A stretch of DNA of 64,000 nt from assembly GCA_040081625.1 (NCBI GenBank), contig JBEBGD010000013.1, forward strand, positions 1 to 64,000. The letters run 5' to 3'. The stretch is from Chthoniobacteraceae bacterium (GTDB lineage: Bacteria > Verrucomicrobiota > Verrucomicrobiia > Chthoniobacterales > Chthoniobacteraceae). Of the stretch, positions 1-8,909 are shown piece after piece. Made by a program: the position numbers and the translations under genes. A model generated the notes under the pieces. It did no database searches, was not told where the DNA came from, and saw only the letters and a list, made by a program, of their open reading frames with translations. Positions within the stretch are counted from its first letter, which is position 1; each line of letters begins with the position of its first letter.

Positions 1-1
1 G

Positions 2-451
2 CTCGGTGCGAAATTCTACAACCCTCCGAACACGCAGCCAGCAACACCGACGCCCGCCGCCGAGACCCCGACACCCGAGCCGGCGCCAGCGCCAACGCCG
101 CCGCCCGCGACGCCTCCGCCACCGCCGACATCAGTCCGCACCGTGCAAGCAAACGACCTCGGCGCACTCGCCGATAAAGGGCCGGTGAGCGAACCGCTGC
201 TGCTGGTCGGAGCATTCCGCGTGAGCATCGCCACGCCGGCCGGGGCCGGCCGATCCGCCAGCGCGACGCTGCGGCCTGCCGACGCCACGTGGGCCGGACA
301 GGTGCGCGTGCTCGTCTCGCTCGCGCCCGGCACCGACGCACCGCCGGAAGGCGAGACCGTCACAATCACGGCAGCGTCGCGTTACTTGATCCAGGATGTG
401 CGCCGCGGAGAAGACGGCCAGCTCAACGTGACCATCCGCCAGAACCCATGA
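2..451 (+). CDS. Hypothetical protein, 3' part (5' end outside window), with a Pro/Thr-rich linker and a small C-terminal beta domain
   Basis: The frame of ORF 143..451 is open from base 2 (LGAKFYNPPNTQPATPTPAAETPTPEPAPAPTPPP...). Its TGA overlaps the next ATG (ATGA, 448-451). Confidence 0.7.
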   Translation, partial: LGAKFYNPPNTQPATPTPAAETPTPEPAPAPTPPPATPPPPPTSVRTVQANDLGALADKGPVSEPLLLVGAFRVSIATPAGAGRSASATLRPADATWAGQVRVLVSLAPGTDAPPEGETVTITAASRYLIQDVRRGEDGQLNVTIRQNP

Positions 452-1371
452 CGCGCCTTCTCCTCCTCTCGCTCCCGACGCTCGTCTTCGCCGCGCCGAA
501 GCCCGTCCCGCACGTGCAGGCGCTCCCGCAGCCGCACGCGCAAATCTCCTTCCAGCGCGAAGGCGTCGAGATCGCGCGCTATCACTACGGTGACGACGGA
601 AACCGCCCGTTCGTCTTCCCGATCATCGGCCCGAGCGGGCGCCCGCTCACGCGGATGGGACATCCGCAGGATCCGCAGGGGCACAGCCATCACAACTCCG
701 TCTGGCTCTCGCACCAGTTCGTGAATGGCGAGAACTTCTGGGGCGATACGCCCGCGCACGTCGTCCACCAGCGGATGCTGCGCATCGAGGACGGTGACGA
801 CTCCGCAGCGATCGAAACCGAGAACGCGTGGACCGACAAAGCCGGCGTGCAGCAGATGCACGAGCTTCGGCGCACGAAGGTGCAGCTCCTCGCCGATGGC
901 GAATGGCTGCTCTTCATCGACGCGCAGTTCGAGGCGCGCAAAGCCCCGGTCGAACTCGCGCAGACCGCCTTCGGCATGATGGCCGTGCGCATGGCGAAGA
1001 CCATCGGCGTCCGCGATGGCGGCGGCACGATCCGCAACTCCGAGGGCGGCGTGGATGAAGCCGGAGTCTTCCGCAAACCCGCGCGCTGGTGCGACTACTC
1101 CGGCCCGATCCTCAACGGCGTGGGCGAAGGCATCACGCTCATGGATCACCCCGCGAACCTCAACCATCCCGTGCCCTTCCACGTGCGCGACGACGGCTGG
1201 ATGGGCGCGTCGCTCACCTTCGCCGGCCCGCACACGATCGAGATCGGGAAGCCGCTGCGGCTGCGCTACGCGCTCTACATACACCGCGGCATCGCCGCGC
1301 CGGAGAAGATCGAGGCGCAGTGGAAGAAGTTTGCCGCTGGCGAGTGGGAAGAGATCGGGAAGAAGCGGTGA
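448..1371 (+). CDS. Secreted DUF6807 (so-called PmoA-family) protein
   Basis: Signal-like N-terminus MTRLLLLSLPTLVFAA; family-like motifs RPFVFPIIGPSG, HSHHNSVW, WCDYSGP, DHPANLNHP..FHVRDDGW. Start re-chosen at the ATGA overlap. Confidence 0.7.
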   Translation: MTRLLLLSLPTLVFAAPKPVPHVQALPQPHAQISFQREGVEIARYHYGDDGNRPFVFPIIGPSGRPLTRMGHPQDPQGHSHHNSVWLSHQFVNGENFWGDTPAHVVHQRMLRIEDGDDSAAIETENAWTDKAGVQQMHELRRTKVQLLADGEWLLFIDAQFEARKAPVELAQTAFGMMAVRMAKTIGVRDGGGTIRNSEGGVDEAGVFRKPARWCDYSGPILNGVGEGITLMDHPANLNHPVPFHVRDDGWMGASLTFAGPHTIEIGKPLRLRYALYIHRGIAAPEKIEAQWKKFAAGEWEEIGKKR

Positions 1372-1381
1372 GCCAGCCCGC

Positions 1382-4144
1382 TCAAGCTGGCTTCTGCGAG
1401 GCGTCGCGCAGCGCTTCCTGAATGCGCGCGACGGTCTTCGCGTCCTTGATTTTTCGGCCTTCCAGGTCGGTCACGTAGAAGCTGTCGATCGCCGCGCCCT
1501 TCTCGGTGGCGATGCGCGAGAGGGCGATCTGAGCGCCGGCGCTGCCGATGGCGCGCAGCAGCGTGTAGAGCAGGCCGAGGCGGTCCGGCGTCTGCACGTC
1601 GATGAGCGTGTAGGTCGGGTGCGCGTCGATATCGATCGAGATGCGGGTCGGGAAATCGAGCTCCTGCGAGAGGTGAAAGCTGCGACGTTTCAACTGCCGC
1701 TGCAGGTGCTGGGTGAAGTCGTAGTCGTCGCTCGCGAGCACGGTCGCGAGGCGCTTCTCGACGCCGCGCCAGTCGCGCTCATCGGTCACCGCTTCGTGCG
1801 CGGTCGTGCAGACGCGGAACAAGTCGAACACGAGCCCGTCGCCGCGCGTGTAGGCGTCGGCGCTGAGGATGTTCAGCCCGGCGCTGGATATGGAGCCGGC
1901 GATGCGGGCGAGAAGTTCGCGCCGGTCCCAGCCGCAGATCCACATCTCGGTATGTCCCTGGTTCGTGCGCGGGACCCATCGGGTCGCGGGGATCAGCGGG
2001 GAGGTGTCGCTGTTGGCGCAGCGGGCGAGGAATTCGCGGAAGAGCCGCATATGCTCGACGACGCTCGCGGCGACGTGCGTCTGGAAATAGCGGTCGGGCA
2101 TGAACTCGAAGTGCGCGTCGATCTCGTCCGCGAAGTCGGCGGGCAGCGTTTTTTCCACGGCCTTTCGCAAGCCCTCGCGCTCGATGCTGCGCTGGCGGTA
2201 GTAGGCTTCGCCGTCGGCGAGATAGAGGCTCGTGCTGCGGTAGAGCTGCCAGACGAGCATCTCCTTCCAGTCGCTCCACGTCTCGTCGCCGGTGCCCTGC
2301 CCGTCGGCGAGCGTGAGCAGCATGAGCATGTCGAGGTTCGGCTGCGTCTTCACCACGGCGGCGAACTCCGAGATCGTCGCGGGGTCGTCGAGGTTGCGCC
2401 GCTGCGCGCTCATGGACATGACGATGTGGTTGTCCACGAGCAGCACGAGCGACTTGCGCTGCTCGGGGCCGAGCTGGAGCCGGCGGGCGACGCGCGCGGA
2501 GAAGACGGCGCTGGCCTCGGCATGCTGGCGGGCGTTGGAGGCCTTGCCCGTGTCGTGCAGCAGCAGCGCGAGGTAGAGGACATACGGGTCCTCGAGCTTG
2601 TGGAAGAGCTTCCGGTATTCCGCGAGCTTCGCGCTGGATTCGTCGAGGACGTGGTCGAGCTTTTCGATGCACACGAGCGTGTGCTCGTCGGCGGTGTAAC
2701 GGTGAAAGAACTCATGCTGCACGAGGCAGGTGAGCTGGCCGAACTCGGGGATGTAGCGGCCGAGGAAATCGACCTCGTGCATCGCGCGCAGGATCCGCCC
2801 GACGCTGCCCTTCCGCGAGCAGATGGCGGCGAAGGTCTCGCGGATGTCCTTTGCGTAGCAGAAGGTTTTGTCCACGAGATGAAGCCGGCGCCGGACGAGG
2901 TGCTGGAGCTCCGCGCTCATGCGCAGGTCGCGCTGCTGGAGATGCTGGAAGAGCCGCATGAGCCGCGCGTGGTCCTGCGTGAAGATCTCGCGCGTCTCGT
3001 GAAACATGAGGCCCTCGCTCGAGTAGAAGCCGTCGAAGCGCTCGATCTGCGGCCGGCTGCGCCGGAGGAGCCCGAGCAGGCCGCGCTTCGCATTCGGGTC
3101 CGGCGTCTGCAGGGCCATGCGCTCGCTCATCACACTCGTGAAGTGATAGATATTGCGCGCGTGCTGATAGTAGTCGCGCATGAAGGCCTCGCTGCGGCGG
3201 AGGATGTTTTTCTGCGGATAGCCGAGCCGCGTGGCCACGGGCAACTGCTGGCTGAGCACGATCACGTCGGCGGCGCGGCCATTGAGATAGTGCAGCTCGG
3301 TGCGCGTGCGCAGGAGGAAGTCGTAGGCTTTCTCGAGCTGGCGGCGCTCGGGCTCGTTGCAGAACTTCTTTTCCACGAGCCCCGCGGTGCCCTGCACGCG
3401 GAACTTGAAGAACGCCATCCAGAGCAGGTTCTGGTAGTCGCGAAGGCCACCGCAGCCGCTCTTCACGTTCGGCTCCTGCATGTAAATCGAGCGTCCGTTC
3501 TTCTCGTGGCGCTCGGCCTGGTTGGCGACGCGCGCGGCGATGTAGGCATCCACGTGCGGCTCCACGCAGAGGCGCAGGTAGCGCTCGCGGAACTGGTCGA
3601 AGATCGTCGCGTCGCCCGCGACCAGCCGCGCCTCGAGCATCGTCGTCTTGTTCACCATGTCCGCGTTGGCCTGCTTGATGGCCTCGTTCACGGTGCGCGT
3701 GCTGTGGTCGCCGACCTTCAGACCGCTATCGAGCAGGATGTAATAGATGCGCTGGATCGCGTCGTTGAGGACCTTCGGGAGATTGCGGCTCGAGTCGGCG
3801 ACGAGGAACATGATGTCCACGTCGCTGCACGGATTGAGTTCCGCGCGCCCGTAGCCGCCGAGCGCGACGATGGCGAGGGGCGGCGTTTTATTCTGCCCGG
3901 CCTCGGGCAGCGCGAGCCGCAGGAGATGCCGCAGCACGATGTCGATGAGGCTCGCGCGCAGGCCGCAAATCTGCCGGCCGCCGCCGCCGCTCTTGTGCTG
4001 AAGCTGGACGCGATGCTCCTCGATCTTGAGGAACTTCTTGTAGAGCGTGATGAGCTCCGGCGTATCGAGCCGACCCTGCGCCTCGAGCTGTTGCTCGGCA
4101 CTGGCGAGGACTTTTTCGCGATGGCGGAGGAGTTGGGCGGACAA
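1382..4144 (-). CDS. glnD: [Protein-PII] uridylyltransferase / uridylyl-removing enzyme
   Basis: NTase motif GGYGRAELNPCSDVD, EPNVKSGCGGLRD, HD domain (HRYTADEH, LLHDTGK) and two C-terminal ACT domains. The TTG start at 4144 is inferred; the track start overlaps pgi. Confidence 0.95.
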   Translation of the reverse strand: MSAQLLRHREKVLASAEQQLEAQGRLDTPELITLYKKFLKIEEHRVQLQHKSGGGGRQICGLRASLIDIVLRHLLRLALPEAGQNKTPPLAIVALGGYGRAELNPCSDVDIMFLVADSSRNLPKVLNDAIQRIYYILLDSGLKVGDHSTRTVNEAIKQANADMVNKTTMLEARLVAGDATIFDQFRERYLRLCVEPHVDAYIAARVANQAERHEKNGRSIYMQEPNVKSGCGGLRDYQNLLWMAFFKFRVQGTAGLVEKKFCNEPERRQLEKAYDFLLRTRTELHYLNGRAADVIVLSQQLPVATRLGYPQKNILRRSEAFMRDYYQHARNIYHFTSVMSERMALQTPDPNAKRGLLGLLRRSRPQIERFDGFYSSEGLMFHETREIFTQDHARLMRLFQHLQQRDLRMSAELQHLVRRRLHLVDKTFCYAKDIRETFAAICSRKGSVGRILRAMHEVDFLGRYIPEFGQLTCLVQHEFFHRYTADEHTLVCIEKLDHVLDESSAKLAEYRKLFHKLEDPYVLYLALLLHDTGKASNARQHAEASAVFSARVARRLQLGPEQRKSLVLLVDNHIVMSMSAQRRNLDDPATISEFAAVVKTQPNLDMLMLLTLADGQGTGDETWSDWKEMLVWQLYRSTSLYLADGEAYYRQRSIEREGLRKAVEKTLPADFADEIDAHFEFMPDRYFQTHVAASVVEHMRLFREFLARCANSDTSPLIPATRWVPRTNQGHTEMWICGWDRRELLARIAGSISSAGLNILSADAYTRGDGLVFDLFRVCTTAHEAVTDERDWRGVEKRLATVLASDDYDFTQHLQRQLKRRSFHLSQELDFPTRISIDIDAHPTYTLIDVQTPDRLGLLYTLLRAIGSAGAQIALSRIATEKGAAIDSFYVTDLEGRKIKDAKTVARIQEALRDASQKPA

Positions 4145-4187
4145 GGGTGCGGCAGAATCGGCGGGCGCGCGCGGAAGGCAAGGACGC

Positions 4188-5729
4188 CTACCCCGCGGCG
4201 AACCGGTCCTCCGCGGCGCTCGCACCGTGCGTCGCTTTCGCCGCGCCATTCGCCGCGAGGTGCGTGAGGGCGTGGAAGACGGCCTCCGCGTCGTCGGCGA
4301 TCTTCGCCGCGACTTCGGCGGCGGTTTGCGGAGTTGCGCTGAGTGCGGCGCGGACCTTCTGCTGGAGCGCGAGCACGGTCGCCGCGGCCTTCTTGCCGGC
4401 TTCGACGCCGGGCTGGTGATACGCGTTGATGTTCACCAGCGACGCGTAGAAGCCGACGGCACGTTCGTAGAGCGCGATGAGCGCGCCGACCTGGAAGGCG
4501 TTCACCTCCGGGATGCTCACGGTGATCGACCCGCGCCCGCCGTCGTAGAGCGCGGCGCGCGTGCCACGGAGGAAGCCCTGCAAAAAGTCCGCGCTCGTGA
4601 TGCCGGGCTCGACTTCGATCGACTCGCCGCGCCGGCCTTCGCGCACCTCGATGAAGGTCGCGAAGAAATTGTGAACGCCGTCGCGGAGCTGCTGCACGTA
4701 GGCGTGCTGGTCGGTCGAGCCCTTGTTGCCATAGACGGCGATGCCCTGGTTCACGACCTTGCCGTCGAGATCGTGCTGCTTGCCGAGGCTCTCCATCACG
4801 AGCTGCTGGAGGTATTTCGAGAAAAGGCAGAGCCGGTCCTTGTAGGGCAGCACGACCATGTCCTTCTCGCCGCGGCCATTCCCGGCGCAGTGCCACATCA
4901 GCGCGAGGAGCATCGCGGGGTTTTTCAGCGTCGCCGTCTCGCGCGTCCACACGTCCATCGCGGCGGCGCCGGCGAGCAGGCGGTCCATGTCGCAGCCTTG
5001 CAGCCACAGCGGCACGAGCCCGACGGCGCTCATCACCGAGGTGCGCCCGCCGACCCAGTCCCACATCGGGAATCGCGCGACCCAGTTCTCGCGCTCGGCG
5101 AGTTTGTCGAGCTGCGAGCCGACGCCCGTCACCGCGACGGCGTGGTCGGCGAAATTGAACCCGGCTTTCTTGAATGCTGCCTGCGCTTCGAGCATTCCAT
5201 TACGCGTCTCGGGCGTGCCGCCGGATTTTGAAATGACGACGACGCACGTGTGATCGAGCCGGTGCGCGAGCGTGGTCAGCACGCGGTCGATGCCTTCGGG
5301 GTCGGTGTTGTCGAAGAAGTGCAGGCGCAGCTTGTCGTCGTCGGTGCCGAGCGCATCGCTGATGAACTGCGGCCCGAGCGCCGAGCCGCCGATGCCGATG
5401 ACGAGCACTTCGGAAAACCGCCCGCCCGAGTGGACCGCGCCGACGAACTCCTTGATGACCGCATTGGTCTGCTCGATCTCGCCGCGCAGTTCCGGCGTGG
5501 GCGCGAGTTGTGGCGCGCGCAGCCAGTAGTGGCCGACCATGCGATTCTCGTCGGGATTGGCGACCGCGCCTTTCTCGAGTCGCTGCATGTCGGCGATCGC
5601 AGCCTGCGCGAGCGGCTCCATCTTCGAAAAGAAGTCGTCGCCGAAGCGCATCCGCGAGATGTCGATCGAGATGCCGAGCTGCGAATGGCGGAGGAAGTAT
5701 TGCGAGAAACGGTTCCAGAGATTGCTCAT
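4188..5729 (-). CDS. pgi: Glucose-6-phosphate isomerase
   Basis: Motifs [49 protein letters not shown] at 5729 (MSNLWNRF). Confidence 0.96.
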   Translation of the reverse strand: MSNLWNRFSQYFLRHSQLGISIDISRMRFGDDFFSKMEPLAQAAIADMQRLEKGAVANPDENRMVGHYWLRAPQLAPTPELRGEIEQTNAVIKEFVGAVHSGGRFSEVLVIGIGGSALGPQFISDALGTDDDKLRLHFFDNTDPEGIDRVLTTLAHRLDHTCVVVISKSGGTPETRNGMLEAQAAFKKAGFNFADHAVAVTGVGSQLDKLAERENWVARFPMWDWVGGRTSVMSAVGLVPLWLQGCDMDRLLAGAAAMDVWTRETATLKNPAMLLALMWHCAGNGRGEKDMVVLPYKDRLCLFSKYLQQLVMESLGKQHDLDGKVVNQGIAVYGNKGSTDQHAYVQQLRDGVHNFFATFIEVREGRRGESIEVEPGITSADFLQGFLRGTRAALYDGGRGSITVSIPEVNAFQVGALIALYERAVGFYASLVNINAYHQPGVEAGKKAAATVLALQQKVRAALSATPQTAAEVAAKIADDAEAVFHALTHLAANGAAKATHGASAAEDRFAAG

Positions 5730-5945
5730 GGCGAGGTTGTGCAGGAATCGCGCGGCAATTGGGAGGAAAATTGCAGCGCCCAGGATTAAATCGGGGATTG
5801 GTGGTGCGAAGCGGGATGATGGCGTTCGATCGCGGATCCGGCCAGTCCGCGTGGCCGATCCGAATTCGGCCATAAGGGGAGGTCCTTGCGCGCTACGTCA
5901 TACCGCTTGCGCAACCCGCTTCGATAAACTCTTTTGCCCCGCATC

Positions 5946-6674
5946 ATGAACCGCACTGCTTTTGCCCTCGTCCTGCTCGTCGCGCTGGTGGCGCGTGCCG
6001 AGGATATCCAGGGACTCGTCGTGCCCTTCAAGCAAGTCAGCGTCGCCTCGCCGGTGCTCCAGGAGGTCGTCGATAGCGTGCTGGTCGAGGAGGGCGACAC
6101 GGTCACGGAGGGGCAGGTGATCGTGCAATTGCGGGCCGAGCGCGAGGGGTTGCAGGTCGAGCAGGACAAGAAGCTGGTCGAGCAGCGGGAGTTTAGCGCC
6201 AAGGGCGCGGCGGCGCTGCTCAAGGAGAAGATGATGAGCCGCGAGGCGGTGCTCGAGAAGGAGACGGAGATGGAGATGGCGAAGATCAAGTTGCGCGCTT
6301 CGGAGTATTCGTTCCGGGAAAAGACCATCCGCAGCCCGCTCAACGGCATCGTGGTGAAGAAATACAAGGAGGCCGGCGAGAGTGTGGACCGGGTCGAGAA
6401 GCTCGTGGATATCGTGAGCATCGATCAGGTGTTCGTGCAGTTTTACCTCGACCCGAAGCTGCTCACCTCGGTGAAGGTGGAGCAGGTCGTGCCGGTGCGG
6501 TTTCCGGTCATCGGCGAGCAGAAGTTCGACGCGAAGATTTCCTTCGTCGATCCGCGGATCGACGCGGGTTCGGGGCTTTTTCGTGTGAAGCTGCTCGTGG
6601 AGAATCCAGGGCACGTGATCAAGCCGGGCATGCGCGGAGTGGCGGATTTCTCGCGGCTGACGGTGGCGCGCTGA
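5946..6674 (+). CDS. Efflux periplasmic adaptor (membrane fusion protein)
   Basis: Signal peptide, lipoyl-like half motifs (VEEGDTVTEGQ, IRSPLNGIV), short helical hairpin, beta-barrel motif IKPGM. Confidence 0.85.
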   Translation: MNRTAFALVLLVALVARAEDIQGLVVPFKQVSVASPVLQEVVDSVLVEEGDTVTEGQVIVQLRAEREGLQVEQDKKLVEQREFSAKGAAALLKEKMMSREAVLEKETEMEMAKIKLRASEYSFREKTIRSPLNGIVVKKYKEAGESVDRVEKLVDIVSIDQVFVQFYLDPKLLTSVKVEQVVPVRFPVIGEQKFDAKISFVDPRIDAGSGLFRVKLLVENPGHVIKPGMRGVADFSRLTVAR

Positions 6675-6677
6675 TCG

Positions 6678-8909
6678 ATGTCCGCGGCTGCCGTGGCCCA
6701 TCCCGAGCCGATCGAGGCGCCGAAGCCGCCGCCGCAGGAGAATGTCGTCCTGCCGGGATTGCGCGCGGATTTGCTGGTGAGCCAGCAGATGTTCGAGGGG
6801 CGGAGCTACTACGTCGTCAAGGATCCCATCTCGCTGCAATACTTCCGCATGACGGCCGAGGATTACTTCCTCGCGACGCTCTTCGACGGGCGGCGCACGT
6901 TCGGCGCGATACGGGAGATCTACGGCGAGCGCTTTCCGCATGTGCGGCTCGACTACACGCCCGAGGAGCTCAATGAGCGAGTGCTGCGCTTTGCGAACGA
7001 CCTCGCGCTTCTGCAGTTCCTGAGCGTGCAGGGCCAGCGCATGAAGGCGCGGTGGGAGGCGGCGAAGGTGGCGAAGAAGAAGAAGAGCGGTCTCTACAAC
7101 CTCGCCAACCAACTCTTCTTTTTCCGCAAGTCGGTTTTCGATCCCGACCTGTTCTTCGGCTATCTTGAGAAGCGGTTTTCGTGGATCTACACGCGGACGG
7201 TGCTGTGGGTCTCGACCGTCCTGATCGTGCTGGGGGCGATCGTGTTTTTCCAGCACACCGACCGGATCGGCGGCGCGATCGCGAATCTCTTCTCGCTCCA
7301 GAATGTCGCGCTGATGTGGGTGACGATGTTCATCATCAAAAGCATCCACGAACTCGGCCACGGCGTGACGTGCAAGCATTTCGGCGGCGAGGTCCACGAG
7401 GTCGGCGTGATGATGCTCGTCTTTCAGCCCTACTTCTTCGTGAACGTGTCGGATTCGTGGACGATGCCGAACCGGATGCACCGCGTGCTGGTGAGCTTTG
7501 CGGGCATTTACGTCGAGTTGATCTTCGCCGCCGTCGCGACGTTTTTCTGGGCCGTCGTGCAGCCGGGCGCACTGCGCGACTTCCTGTTCAACTTCATCTT
7601 CCTCGCCAGCGTCTCGACCATCATCTTCAACGCGAATCCGCTGATGCGATTCGATGGCTACTACATCATGATGGATCTGCTCGAGGTGCCGAACCTCCAG
7701 ACCAAGAGCCGCGCGCTGATCACCCACCACATCAAGCGCCTGCTCTTCGGCGTGCAAGGCGCGGACCCGGCGCTTCAGCGGATGCCGTTGCCCAAAAAAC
7801 GTTTCTGGCTCTTCTACACCTACGCCATCCTCTCGTGGCTCTACGGCTACTGGATCATCATCAGCCTCGTCGTCTTTATGAAACCACACCTCGAACCCCT
7901 CGGCCTCGGCGGATTGGCCGATTGGTTTTCCGTCCTCGCGCTCACTTCGTGGGTCGTGGTGCCGTTCATCGGATTTTTCAAGAGCCTCAACCTCAAGCGC
8001 GACGACTGGAACCCCGGCGGACGTCTGCGCCGCCTCGGCAACATCGTCGCGGTCGCGCTCGGGATCTTCGCGGTGATGTGCTTCGTGCCGTGGAATCTGT
8101 CGATCAAGCGCGCGGGCACCGTCGAACTCGCCGAGCCCGGGCAGGTGCGACCGGAGGTGACCGGCTTTGTGCAGCAGGTGCTCGTGAAGGAAGGCGAGCG
8201 CGTGAAACCGGGCATGACGCTCGCACGGCTGATGAACCGCGACGCGCAGCAGGTCCGCACCGATGCCGACACGCGGCTGAAGATCGCCGAGGCCACGGTG
8301 CAGCGCGCGCTGGGTGAAGGGAAACCGGCCGAGTTCAAGCAGGCCGAAAGCATGCGCGCGGCAGCCGAGACGAGGTTCAAGGAAGCCGATCGCGACGTGC
8401 GCAATCTCACGCTCGTCTCGCACGTCGAAGGTGCCGTGCTCACGCGCGGCCTCGATCAGCTCAAGGGGCGGCTCATCAAGAGCGGCGAGATCTTCTGCGA
8501 GATCGCGCCGCTCGACCCGCTGCGGATCAAGATCGCGCTGAGCGAAAAGCAGGTGCGCTACATCGACAAGGACCAGCGCGTCGTGCTCAAGGCCCACGCA
8601 TTCCCCGACCGCGAGTTTCACGGCGTGATCGCCGAGAAGCCGGTGATGTTTTTCGGCACGGCGATCCCGCGCGGCTTCTCGAAAAAATATGGCGGCGACG
8701 TGCTCACCTACACCGACCACGAGGGTCGCGAGATCCCCGTCGAGCGCACGTTCGAGGCCGTCGTCGTCGTCGAAAACAAGGAGGGCCTGCTGCGTCCGGG
8801 CATGACCGTGCGCGGCAAAGTCCACGCCGGGCGGCATCCGTGGGGCAAGCTCGTTTTGCAGAGTCTGCTCGACCTGCTAAGTCTCGATTACCGATTCATT
8901 TTCTCCTGA
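6678..8909 (+). CDS. PqqD-like N-terminus + M50 (site-2) intramembrane Zn protease + HlyD/MFP domain fusion
   Basis: N-terminal YVVKDP..YFR..LFDGRRT; HExxH motif HELGH (7347-7361); NANPLMRFDGYY third-ligand motif; several TM helices; C-terminal VKEGERVKPG and LRPGMT. Confidence 0.88.
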   Translation: MSAAAVAHPEPIEAPKPPPQENVVLPGLRADLLVSQQMFEGRSYYVVKDPISLQYFRMTAEDYFLATLFDGRRTFGAIREIYGERFPHVRLDYTPEELNERVLRFANDLALLQFLSVQGQRMKARWEAAKVAKKKKSGLYNLANQLFFFRKSVFDPDLFFGYLEKRFSWIYTRTVLWVSTVLIVLGAIVFFQHTDRIGGAIANLFSLQNVALMWVTMFIIKSIHELGHGVTCKHFGGEVHEVGVMMLVFQPYFFVNVSDSWTMPNRMHRVLVSFAGIYVELIFAAVATFFWAVVQPGALRDFLFNFIFLASVSTIIFNANPLMRFDGYYIMMDLLEVPNLQTKSRALITHHIKRLLFGVQGADPALQRMPLPKKRFWLFYTYAILSWLYGYWIIISLVVFMKPHLEPLGLGGLADWFSVLALTSWVVVPFIGFFKSLNLKRDDWNPGGRLRRLGNIVAVALGIFAVMCFVPWNLSIKRAGTVELAEPGQVRPEVTGFVQQVLVKEGERVKPGMTLARLMNRDAQQVRTDADTRLKIAEATVQRALGEGKPAEFKQAESMRAAAETRFKEADRDVRNLTLVSHVEGAVLTRGLDQLKGRLIKSGEIFCEIAPLDPLRIKIALSEKQVRYIDKDQRVVLKAHAFPDREFHGVIAEKPVMFFGTAIPRGFSKKYGGDVLTYTDHEGREIPVERTFEAVVVVENKEGLLRPGMTVRGKVHAGRHPWGKLVLQSLLDLLSLDYRFIFS

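Noticed and set aside
448..1371. Methane monooxygenase suggested by the PmoA family label
   Set aside because: Soluble secreted protein without multi-TM pMMO features and no pmoB or pmoC nearby; the family name is misleading.
4175..4191. GTAG plus weak hairpin at the pgi stop
   Set aside because: Only a 4-bp stem, unrelated to the GGCAAGCG REP consensus.
1016..4267. 1083-aa plus-strand ORF and similar long antisense ORFs (5898..8837, 22436..24295, 42540..44192, 48886..50787)
   Set aside because: Shadow frames opposite well-supported genes; high-GC codon bias suppresses stops and they carry no recognisable motifs.
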